From contig LT649346.1 in NCBI GenBank assembly GCA_900128395.1, positions 1 through 34,809 on the forward strand: DNA of 34,809 nt, in the 5' to 3' direction. This document shows positions 1 through 10,155 of this stretch, in pieces. How positions within the stretch are numbered: position 1 is the stretch's first letter; the number at the start of each line of letters is the position of its first letter. Origin of the DNA: Stramenopiles sp. TOSAG23-2 (lineage: Eukaryota). A program made the translations under genes and the position numbers. The notes below the pieces were generated by a model that made no database searches, was not told where the DNA came from, and worked only from the letters and a program-made list of their open reading frames with translations.

Positions 1-81
1 TTGAGCATATTACTTTAACACGAGAAGTGTAAAATTATTATAACTTAGATTTTAACCAATATAATATTATATATAATATAT

Positions 82-2928
82 TTAACACTCAATTTCATCA
101 CTATTAATAAAACCAATTTGTCGATGTTCACGATCAAAAATGGTAAGAAATGAACTCATAAATGTATCGCCTAATAATGTTCCACCAGTCACACTTCCAC
201 TATCGATACCAATTGTATACATCCGACTGTCGCAAAATACACCACCATTTCTCATGTACATTTGTGGTTTTAACAATAAATCAACATTGTTCTCTAATTG
301 GATTGTTAATATAGGATATGTTGAAATATCATCTTCATTCATTTCATAACATAAGCCTTGAAACACTCCTCGACCTGGCTCAATCTTATTACCATCATTA
401 TCTATACAAACACCAATTAATTGAGTTGCACTATTGTTACAATATGTTAACATTAAATCACGAAATGCATCAAATGCCGTTCGTGGTAATGTAAATGAAC
501 TAGACCCACTATCAACTATGGCATCACCACGATTGTAAACAGATGGATTAACACCAATTGATATATTATTGATGCGAAAATCTAAAAGGTTAACAACGTA
601 ATAGGTTTCTTTCATGATTTTTGTCCATTGAATTTTAACACCATTGATGTCATTGCTATTATTATCGTTATCGTTGCTATCAGCAGAACGTTTTATTGCA
701 TCATTTGCACCTAGATACAACATACCACCTGTATCTTTATGCATGCATATTGAAAACATATTTGATTTTATTATACCATTATCATACATGGTATCGATAA
801 TTGTTTTTGCACCAGAAGAACTTATGGAGCTATATGCAACACCAATAATCCCATCTAAATTAATAGGTTGTGTTGGATTTTTTAAATGATCTTCGTAAAT
901 AGCACCTATATACGCATTTTCAACTTTTGTTGAACTAGATGAGCCTGCAAGTGACATGGCATCTGTATATATTTGTGCTGAATATCCTGAACTATCAGCA
1001 TAAGAAATTTCATAGGAACATATTTTTTCATGGCATGGCTTACAAACTAAATTTGGCGCTGAACAATTCACTGCATGTGATGTTTTTGAATTTGAAGGTA
1101 CATATCTATTATCAGCATGACGAGTACAAGATGTACATCCCCACTTTGGAATACCTAGATCAGAGGATCCCGTATCAATTTGAAGCAAAAAGGTATTAGG
1201 TGGTGCCCCAATGGATACATTTAAATAATATTCACCATCTTTTGAAAAATAGGAATATAACGGAACTGCTATTTCACCCCATCCTTGGTCATTATTATTA
1301 TTATTATTATTATTTATTTTTTTCGTAAATGATGATGTGAGGTCATTGGAATGAGTTGTAAAATAAAAGTAATCAAATGATACGTTTCCTGGGGGGTTCA
1401 GATGCTGTTTTTTACCATTGTTATTTACATTATCATCATGTTGAATAATATTTAATTGTAAATCAATTGTAATATCGGCACTGTTTATTTTCTCGTCGTT
1501 ATTAAGATGATGCATGGTACAAACAATGTGGAATAATTCTAGATCATTCATATTGTTTATCATTATTGAATTGTTGTCGTCGTCTACTCTTATATTCTTC
1601 TTTTCAGTGCATTTTAATACATTGTTATTATTATCATTTATTATTACAACTTCTAAATTATATGTTAGTATTTCTTCAATATCAATACCTTTCACACGTT
1701 GTCCAATTAAATGTAAAAATGATGTTTGATACAACGAAAACTTAATATTTGGATAAAAGATAGAACCATTATTTTGTAGATTTGTTACTAATAAAAAATC
1801 ATTGGATGCAATTACAGATTCTTTTTTAACAAATATTTTTTGCGAGGTTGATTTAAAATAATTTTCCACTTCAATTCGTTTCCCGAAACGTCCATCATAA
1901 TTACCAATACCAATTTTATCAATTTTAACAGGTGCAATACTACCATTTTTGTAATAATGCACATATCCAGCTACAACATCACGATAATAACCTTTGTTTA
2001 ATAGATCAGTAGAATGTGTTATATCATTAGTAAAATAATACCATTGATTGTGCAATGATAAAAAACTACCATGTCTAAATGTTAAATCTTTGTTTGTCCA
2101 CCACTCTGACTTGTTATAATTATTTGGTTCTTGTCTAAATGAAGGTGTTAAAGATGATGTCTTAATGACAACCCCATTAAAGGTATACGGGCCATAAACC
2201 GATGAACTTGTTCCATAGAAACAACCCCATGATAAGTAAAAGTTCCCATTGTATTTATGTATAAACGGCTTATCATCCAATTTTCCAGGTCCATAATTTC
2301 CAATTGCATTAATTACATTTACTTTTCGAGGATGTTCAGCTAAAGACATCATATCATCATTTAGTTCTGCAATGTAATAATTGAACGTCCCGAAAATTAT
2401 ATAATGCTTTTTATTTGCTGGATCATAAATTATTCCTGGATCTCTTATTGTTGTTCCTAATTTTTTACCTAATTCATCTGATAAAAGCGGCTTCTTTAAA
2501 ACATCATTCCATGGGCCTGAAGGAGATGTGGGTGATTTTACTACTGCAATTTGAGTTGGCCCAATGGATAAGTACCAATAGTAATTATTATTTTTTTCAG
2601 CAGCATCAGTTGCCCAACACTCTGTGCGTGCATCTCTTGGTACCCATTCCATAGGTTTAAATTCTTGAACTTTTCGATAGGAAATTAAATCTGTTGTTTT
2701 CCAAATCCACCAATCATCCATACGAAAATTTGTGTTATTAGGAGAATAATCATGCGTTGCATATATGTAAATTGCATTACCAAAAGCACGTGCATGTGGG
2801 TCTGCCATGCCATTATTTTTGACTAGTGGATTTTCACCTTTTGTATTTGTAATTATTAAAATAATACAATAGTATACAAAAATTAAATTGATACATGTAT
2901 TATTATTATTATCCTTATGAAAAATCAT
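82..2928 (-). CDS. Secreted GH43 glycoside hydrolase + CBM-like domain + A1 (pepsin-like) aspartic protease fusion protein
   Basis: First ATG is at 2928 (the ORF track starts at an upstream TTG). Hydrophobic N-terminus. GH43 motifs ADPHARAF, WATDA, RDPG, HGS. CBM6-like segment RIEVENY...FDYFYF. Pepsin motifs YYLNVSIGAPP..IDTGSSDL, DGIIG, IVDSGSS, LLGDTF..FDR..IGF. One uninterrupted ORF. Confidence 0.88.
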   Translation of the reverse strand: MIFHKDNNNNTCINLIFVYYCIILIITNTKGENPLVKNNGMADPHARAFGNAIYIYATHDYSPNNTNFRMDDWWIWKTTDLISYRKVQEFKPMEWVPRDARTECWATDAAEKNNNYYWYLSIGPTQIAVVKSPTSPSGPWNDVLKKPLLSDELGKKLGTTIRDPGIIYDPANKKHYIIFGTFNYYIAELNDDMMSLAEHPRKVNVINAIGNYGPGKLDDKPFIHKYNGNFYLSWGCFYGTSSSVYGPYTFNGVVIKTSSLTPSFRQEPNNYNKSEWWTNKDLTFRHGSFLSLHNQWYYFTNDITHSTDLLNKGYYRDVVAGYVHYYKNGSIAPVKIDKIGIGNYDGRFGKRIEVENYFKSTSQKIFVKKESVIASNDFLLVTNLQNNGSIFYPNIKFSLYQTSFLHLIGQRVKGIDIEEILTYNLEVVIINDNNNNVLKCTEKKNIRVDDDNNSIMINNMNDLELFHIVCTMHHLNNDEKINSADITIDLQLNIIQHDDNVNNNGKKQHLNPPGNVSFDYFYFTTHSNDLTSSFTKKINNNNNNNNDQGWGEIAVPLYSYFSKDGEYYLNVSIGAPPNTFLLQIDTGSSDLGIPKWGCTSCTRHADNRYVPSNSKTSHAVNCSAPNLVCKPCHEKICSYEISYADSSGYSAQIYTDAMSLAGSSSSTKVENAYIGAIYEDHLKNPTQPINLDGIIGVAYSSISSSGAKTIIDTMYDNGIIKSNMFSICMHKDTGGMLYLGANDAIKRSADSNDNDNNSNDINGVKIQWTKIMKETYYVVNLLDFRINNISIGVNPSVYNRGDAIVDSGSSSFTLPRTAFDAFRDLMLTYCNNSATQLIGVCIDNDGNKIEPGRGVFQGLCYEMNEDDISTYPILTIQLENNVDLLLKPQMYMRNGGVFCDSRMYTIGIDSGSVTGGTLLGDTFMSSFLTIFDREHRQIGFINSDEIEC

Positions 2929-2999
2929 TCTCTTCAATTTAAATAATAGATGATTGCTTATACCTGTTTCGTTGCTAATATTATCATTAATGTGATGCT

Positions 3000-3199
3000 T
3001 TCTATGATGGATTTTGTGCGGTGTATGTTTATAATGTATTTTTATTTATTGTAATTGTGAATTGTGAATTGCGCGTGCAATTATTTCAACAATAATTATT
3101 TTGGTTGATTTCTTCTACGATGGATTTTGTACGGTGTATGTTTATAATGTATTTTTATTTATTGTAATCGTGAATTTAAATTGTGAATTGCACGTGCAA
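3000..3199. repeat. Imperfect direct duplication of about 80-87 bp (about 3000-3080 and 3113-3199) upstream of the GH43 gene
   Basis: Both copies read TTCTA(T/C)GATGGATTTTGT(G/A)CGGTGTATGTTTATAATGTATTTTTATTTATTGTAAT...TTGTGAATTGC(G/A)CGTGCAA. Confidence 0.9.
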
Positions 3200-3792
3200 C
3201 AACAACATAAACAACAACAACAATTGCACAATTATTATTATTATTATTTTAATAATTGAAATAATTTTCACAAAAAAATTGTGTTTTTGTTGTTGATTCT
3301 ACATAAAATACCTAGCAAATGACAATAATTTATACTTGAAAGGGAAATTAGAATATAAGAAAATACGAAAATACGAACCATTCCATTTTTTCCATTTTCC
3401 ATTCATCGATTCATCCATTTTCAACTATCAAATGCCATAAATTATTCTATTATATATACTCATATACAGGCAAGGATATACTAAGTGCAAGCCGGAAATC
3501 TCAGCTGGGAAGACTCTGCGCTTGCCAGACGAGTATTATAGGCAAATAAGAATACCAAAAAAAAAAAATTACTACAAAAAAAATTACAAAAATGGTATCA
3601 GGTGTGCTCAGACCAAACCAGCTACAGCAAAGATTAAGAATAATATATATATTCTTATATATTCTATTGTAGTATAGAAGAGATCAAGATAGAACATATA
3701 CATGTGTGATATTATATTTAAATAACAGATAAAAGAGAAATACAGAACAACAATAAAATAGTAGTAGTAGTATTAATAATAAAGTAGCAACG

Positions 3793-4044
3793 ATGAGTAA
3801 AAAGGAAGTATTGGCGACGTTTAGAAAATTATTACGTAGTGGTTCAAAATGTAAAGATTATAATTATAGGCATTTTATTCTAAGAAGAATAAGTGAAGAC
3901 TTTCGTGCAAATCAAAATGCAACAGCAGATAATATTAGTGTGATGTTAGAAAATGCAAATAGGCAATTGGAAAATGTAAATCGTATTGTAACCGTCCAGA
4001 ATTTATATGCGACGCCAAATTCAGTGATGGATAATTTAAAGTAA
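3793..4044 (+). CDS. ISD11: LYR-motif protein ISD11/LYRM4 (partner of the cysteine desulfurase NFS1)
   Basis: 83 aa. VLATFRKLLR...DYNYRHFILRRISEDFRAN...QLENVNR...VQNLY...SVM matches the LYRM4 pattern (LYR..F..YNYR.YA.RR..D.FR..LY...LV). Confidence 0.85.
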   Translation: MSKKEVLATFRKLLRSGSKCKDYNYRHFILRRISEDFRANQNATADNISVMLENANRQLENVNRIVTVQNLYATPNSVMDNLK

Positions 4045-4533
4045 GAAACGTATATTATCTAGTATCTATATATTGTTGACATTTATAATTTGGTTATTTT
4101 TAAGACAACATACACCAGAAATACAGACACTTTGAAAAAAGTAAAATAAAATAATTGGAATATTATATAAAATATTACGAGTACTTCCGTATAAAAAAAG
4201 TGAAGTAAAATGGAGTGAACCGTGAACGTGTAAAAGAAACAAACGTGAAGATGTATAAAATAATATATATATATTATAATATATATTACACGAAAAGTAC
4301 CAACAAATATTATATATAAGAAACAGTATTAATCTCTAGACAATTATTTTTTATATATCCTCTTTTTACTCTTTTTCCTCCATTTGTTTTACCTTTTTGC
4401 GAATGTTCTTCTTTTTCATCTATCGTATTTTATATATTTAAAAAAACTTCAAATTATTCGCCGCATTATATCACGATGGTAAAATTAAACCTATATATAT
4501 ATATGATGTGTATATATATATATATATATTTAT

Positions 4534-5919
4534 TTATTTTTTGTCACCACCATTTAATGCTTGATCAAAGTCAGCTGTAATATCAGCAATATCTTCGAAA
4601 CCAACGGAGCAACGTATCATGTCTGGTTTTACACCAGCTGCTAATTGTTCTTCTTCACTTAACTGTTGATGTGTAGTTACACTTGGACAAATGACTAAAG
4701 TTTTTGCATCTCCAACATTTGCTAAATGTGATGCTAATTTCACATTGTCAATGAAAGCTGCTGCTGCATCTTTTCCACCTTTAACACCAAAGCAAAGTAC
4801 AGCGCCGAAACAACCTGCACGGAAATATTTCTTTGCACGTTCATGGCATGGATGATTTTCCAAGGATGGATGGGATACCCATTCAACTTTGTCATGTTCT
4901 TGAAGCCATTTTGCCAATGCATTTGCATTGTCAGAATGTGCTTTGCCACGTAAACTTAATGTTTCCAAACCCATTAACAATTGGAAAGAACCAAATGGAT
5001 TTGGACAGGCACCCATATCACGTAAGGATACAACACGTGCACGGAAGATGAAAGCCATATTGCATGAAAATGGACCAGTTGGGCCAAATACAGCTTGGAA
5101 ATTTAAGCCATGGTATGCTGGGCAGTCATCATTCAACAATGGGAATTTACTTTTACCATCACTTGTTTGTACGCTCCAATCGAAGGAGTTATTATCGATG
5201 ATGGCACCACCAATGGTATTACCATGACCACCGATCCATTTGGTACAACTACATGTAATAATATCAACACCAAATTTAAATGGACGGCATGTGTAACCGG
5301 CCATACCAAAGGTATTGTCTACCATGAATGGCACTTTGTTTTCTTTACAGATTGCACTGATACCTTCGAAATCTGGGATGTTGAAACTTGGGTTACCAAG
5401 GGTTTCATAATATACGCATTTACATTTATCCCCAAGTTCAGATAATCCAGCTTTCAATTCATCTAAATTTTGACCGTTAATAAATTTAACAGTAATTCCC
5501 ATCAATGGGAATGTATGTTTGAATTGTGCATATGTACCTCCATACAAATCACCTGCAGCAATAATACTATCACCACATTGGCAAATGGTTAACAAAGCCT
5601 GTAACTGTGCGGATACACCAGATGCAGTTGCTACTGCACTTGGATGTGCACCATCAAGGTTACAACCAGAACCTTCCAATTTAGATAAACGGTATTCCAA
5701 TACATGCGCGGTTGGGTTCATAATACGTGTGTAAATTGGACCTAACTCTTGCAATGCGAACAATTTTGCACCATGTTCTGCAGATTTGAATGCAAATGAG
5801 GTACTTGCATAAATAGGTGGTGCTCTTGCACGGTGATCGGAGTCCATGGTTTGACCATGATGTAATTGCACGGTGGTAAAACCTTGACCTGGGGCGCGAT
5901 CGGAATCGTAATCAGACAT
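4534..5919 (-). CDS. MET17: O-acetylhomoserine/O-acetylserine sulfhydrylase (Cys/Met metabolism PLP enzyme, MetY/MET17 type)
   Basis: Motifs PIYASTSF, IYTRIMNPT, LYGGTY, VDNTF, SCTKWIGGHG (PLP lysine), GLETLSLR, SHLANVGDAKTLVI.P..TTHQQL, IR.SVG.E. No introns. Confidence 0.93.
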   Translation of the reverse strand: MSDYDSDRAPGQGFTTVQLHHGQTMDSDHRARAPPIYASTSFAFKSAEHGAKLFALQELGPIYTRIMNPTAHVLEYRLSKLEGSGCNLDGAHPSAVATASGVSAQLQALLTICQCGDSIIAAGDLYGGTYAQFKHTFPLMGITVKFINGQNLDELKAGLSELGDKCKCVYYETLGNPSFNIPDFEGISAICKENKVPFMVDNTFGMAGYTCRPFKFGVDIITCSCTKWIGGHGNTIGGAIIDNNSFDWSVQTSDGKSKFPLLNDDCPAYHGLNFQAVFGPTGPFSCNMAFIFRARVVSLRDMGACPNPFGSFQLLMGLETLSLRGKAHSDNANALAKWLQEHDKVEWVSHPSLENHPCHERAKKYFRAGCFGAVLCFGVKGGKDAAAAFIDNVKLASHLANVGDAKTLVICPSVTTHQQLSEEEQLAAGVKPDMIRCSVGFEDIADITADFDQALNGGDKK

Positions 5920-6557
5920 ATTGTTCTTGTGTTTTGTTTGGTTGTTGTTGCTTTAACTTTTTTTTTGTTTGTAAAAAATGTAATAATATTACTGTTTTGT
6001 TTTTGTTTTGTTTTTTGTTATGTTATGTTTTCTCCTTGCACTTGCAGTGACTACATCTACATCCCTGTATCTTTTATCTAAGTGCTACCATGTTATATAA
6101 GTGCAAGTCGTTTCTCGATGTGTGGCTGTGAAAGTAGTACCGTAATGGTATTCACCGCCTATTTCGACGGGACAATCCGGCACAATGTGTTGAATCCGGT
6201 TTGCGAAAAAAAAAGATATTGCCTGCCGGGCCTGTATTATAATGCTATTTCCTTGTATTATATATTATCCAAAAAACTAAAGCAGAGCAAAATATACCTA
6301 CGTCATTTTTATTCTAGATTTATGCTAAAAACTACTCCCGAAAGCAAAAATACTAACTGAAACTGTGAACCTCGTGAAGGCATACTATAAGACCAATTTT
6401 AGTATTCTAAAGAGGTATAATAGTCTTTGTATTTAGAGCCATTTATCCAATGATGTATAGTTAGAATAAGTGCAAAATATGGTGATTTTTTGATAGGGAA
6501 AAAAAAACACAAAAATCCTGGAACTACTATAACACTGAATAATTACAAGCCAGGAGA

Positions 6558-7347
6558 CTCAGGCACCTTCCCTGAGGTCACATTCAACGGGATTTCTGGC
6601 TAGGTAGTGTTATACCCATGCTATAAATAGGATACATACAGCATTGAAACCACTATTTTTAAGGATAACACCTGTAAAAACCATACATTTTACGGTCTGT
6701 AATCTGTAATATAATGCGATTCACAACTAGAAAAGTATATGTTTGATTAGACTACATATGTTTGTACTATCTTCTGTGTAATAGTCTTATCAAATCACAA
6801 ATCAACATTGTTAGTAATTTATAGTGGAAAAATGTGATTTAGCACCGTATAGCTAGTAAATCAGCGGATATTGAATGATACGGAGTTGAAAATAGGTGTT
6901 AAGACGAAAAAATTACTGATTGTCGCTGATGAATAAAAAATTTTGTTTCGCTGATGAAAAAAATAATGGAGGAAATATTTTATTTATAAAAAATTATTAC
7001 AAATTCATCCACATTTGTTCGGAAAAATAAACACTTTATGTATATAAAAGGACGTAACTCAAAATATGCAAAATCAACAAATGAAAAAATTTTGAGGTTG
7101 CGAAATTATTTTCACACTCGGCAACTGTTGCCGAGTGTGAAAATGTTTTTACAAATTTTTTTGGAGCACAAGAAAGTGTTTTTGCATATTTTCTATCCAA
7201 AATATTGATAGATAATGTAATATATCGCTGAAAATCCAATACTGTGTAGTTATAATAAAAAAATAAAACGTATTACTATTGGAAATTATTATTCTTTAAC
7301 TGAAAAACACCCCTTAATCGACAAATTGCTCAGGGAAGGTGCCAGAG
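6558..7347. mobile_element. Possible non-autonomous DNA element bounded by 19-bp inverted repeats (alternatively paired regulatory sites)
   Basis: CTCAGGCACCTTCCCTGAG (6558-6576) versus CTCAGGGAAGGTGCCAGAG (7329-7347): 18/19 inverted match. The interior has no convincing ORF and there is no clear TSD. Confidence 0.4.
7108..7144. repeat. Perfect palindrome with 18-bp arms and a 1-nt spacer
   Basis: ATTTTCACACTCGGCAAC-T-GTTGCCGAGTGTGAAAAT. Confidence 0.95.
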
Positions 7348-7598
7348 GAGGCAAGTACAAATTGAACTTGGAAAGATACGTAAGACGGAATGCACGAATC
7401 AAATTTTAATAAATAATAAAAATAAATGTTGTTTGAAACGGAGAAATGATTGCATTATCATATTATAAAAACATAATTGTGTCAAAAAATAATAATATAT
7501 ATAACGTAATATATATAAAAACAAACAAAACAAGTACTTTCTTCTATACAATACCAGATTATATTATACATTTAATAAATAAATAATATTCATTCATC

Positions 7599-9939
7599 AT
7601 GTCAGTACAACAAGGTCCTTTAGATTTATCATTATTGTCTGATGGGATATGTATTATAACTGGTGCAGCAAACGGTGGAATTGGATTTGGAATAGCAACA
7701 CGTGCTATGGAAATTGGTATGGATATATTAATTTTAGATTTACGTGCAGATGTATGTGAAAATGCAGCAAATGAATTAAGATCCAAAAATACTTCTAATA
7801 ATAATAATATTATTATTGGTTTAGCATGTGATGTAAGTATATATATATATATATTATATTCCTCTAAAAAATTATATATATATATATGATACATCCTCAC
7901 TAACACACCACTGATCCGTACGTTTCGTTTCACACAGGTTACAAAAGAATCCGATTTAAAAAGTATTGTAGATCTATTACCAAAATATTTTGGTAATAAA
8001 AAACGTGTCTCAGCTTTATTTGCAAATGCAGGCGTTATACTTCCAGTTCCTTCAATTACACAAGGTAATATAAAAAATTGGCAAGTAACATTTGATGTTA
8101 ATGTTTTAGGTGTATTTTTAACAATTAAAACGTTTTTACCAGTTATGCAAAAATCAAAACAACAATGTATTATTACAACGACAGCTAGTACTGCTGGAGT
8201 CATGCGAGGTAGTAAAGCTACTAATGCATATACAAGTTCAAAACATGCCGCATGTGTTATGACAGAAGAATTTGCAAGTGGGTATGTGTATATTAACTTC
8301 TATATATTTCCCTCTATATATATATATATATATATATCCTCTCTAACACACACACACACACACACACACATCACTCTATTTATATACACGCGTAATATAT
8401 ACATATATATACATTATGCACATAAACATGTGTACACCCGATACACACAGATTTATTAAATTATCGCCACAAGTACGATTCCATGTATTAATGCCATGTA
8501 TTGTTCGTACAGGATTAGGACAAACAAGTCAAAATGTTGTTGACAATGGGAAAAAATACAAAGAATTTAATCGTGATGATTTGATGTCCGTTGGTATGTT
8601 AGATCCGTCGTTAGCAATGACACCATATCGTCATGCACAACAAGTCTTTGATAGAATTGCTGCTGGTGAATTTTATATGATCACTGATAATATTCGTCCA
8701 TATGTTGATCATGATTTTAAATTTAATGGAGAAGGTTTAGCACGTTCACGATTTGCAAATATTTTAAAAGATGATTTTAATCGTAAAATTGATCATAATC
8801 AAAGACCAGAAAATTTATATATTCAAGAAATGATACGAAAAAATAATAGTACAAATTTTGGTGGTATCATGTCGCAACGAACATTGCCATCAGGGGTAAA
8901 TGTTGTACAAGGAAATGTAGATTTATCAAACTTTAAAGATACAGTATGCGTTGTTACCGGTGCTGCTAATTTTGGTATTGGATTTGGAATGTGTGAACGT
9001 GCATGTGAATATGGCATGAGTATTGCATTGTTAGATTTAAATCAAAATATTATTAATGGTGCTGTAGATGCATTGCGTAAAAAATATCCAAATGTACAAG
9101 TAGAAGGGTTTCAGTGCGATGTGACAAATAATGTATTGATGAAAAATGTTGCAAATCAAGTAAAAGCTGCATTTAATAAGAAACGTATTTCATCTGTATT
9201 TGCAAATGCAGGTGTTGCATTTGGTAGTAAAAATTTATTAAATGCAACTGCTAAAAATGTTGCAATAACATTAAATGTCAATTGTATTGGAGTTGTTAAT
9301 ACATTGCAAGCCTTTGTACCTATATTAAAAGAAACGCAAAAGCCAGGATTAGTATGTACAACAGCTAGTGTTGCCGGTGTTACAAGAGGTAGTGGAACTT
9401 TATCCGGTTACTTTGCATCAAAACATGGTGCAACGGTGATTACAGAGGGACTTTCTGATGAATTAAAATCATCCCATCCAAATATATCTTGCCATGTTTG
9501 CATGCCATGCATTGTTGCTACGCCTTTAATGGAAACTAGCAATGCAAATAAAAATAACGAAACGTTAGCTACAGATCGATTGGAATCTCAATTGGATGTT
9601 GCCAGGATGCAAGAACAGGCACCAGAATTGATGGGTGGATTGGCGATGTCACCATATAATCATGCACGGCAAGTCTTTGATAGAATTGCTGCTGGTGAAT
9701 TTTACATGATTTGTGATAATATACGCCCATATGTTGATCATGATTATCCATTAAATGGAGCAGTAAATGCAAAGATTAGGGCAGCTCCATTCTTTAAACC
9801 AGATTTTCAACGTTCAGTCGATTGGGACAATGTAGGTTTTGCAACTTCACCGATGTTTCGAAGAGTTGGAGAATTGGCTCGTGAAGCTGCAAAAGCAAGA
9901 AAAGCAAAGAAAAAAGTTGCCGTAAAATCGAAAATGTAG
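7599..9939 (+). CDS. Tandem two-domain short-chain dehydrogenase/reductase; exons 7599-7832, 7938-8281, 8451-9939 (about 688 aa)
   Basis: Two SDR units, each with TGAANxGIG, CDVT, FANAG, TTAS and Y..SKH. Introns GTAAGT..CTAAC..CACAG (7833-7937) and GTATGT..CACAG (8282-8450) join the exons in frame (ACD/VTKES and SG/FIKL). Confidence 0.9.
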
Positions 9940-10155
9940 AGAGGGAGAGAGGTTAAAATGTACACTCATGCACACACGCACACACCACATGTCTCACAAT
10001 TTATTTTGTAGAGTATTATGTAATGATCAGGGTTCAGCGCGGGTATTTTTTTAAATTTTACATTTTGACGACGAGAGGATAAATTTTAAATATTAATATT
10101 ATATTTTAATATTCAATGTTTTCTTTTTATTAACACAACACAGACATTCGTAAAA

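Noticed and set aside
3490-3640. RNase P/MRP RNA, TPP or cobalamin riboswitch
   Set aside because: Only fragments of the consensus motifs are present (GGGAAG, CTGAG..ACCTGAT). Spacing and length do not fit any of these families.
7559-8203. 214-aa minus-strand ORF and similar antisense ORFs (11751-12224, 16036-16575, 18482-18928, 21459-21968, 28611-29030, 33828-34214)
   Set aside because: They overlap better-supported genes on the opposite strand and have no independent motifs.
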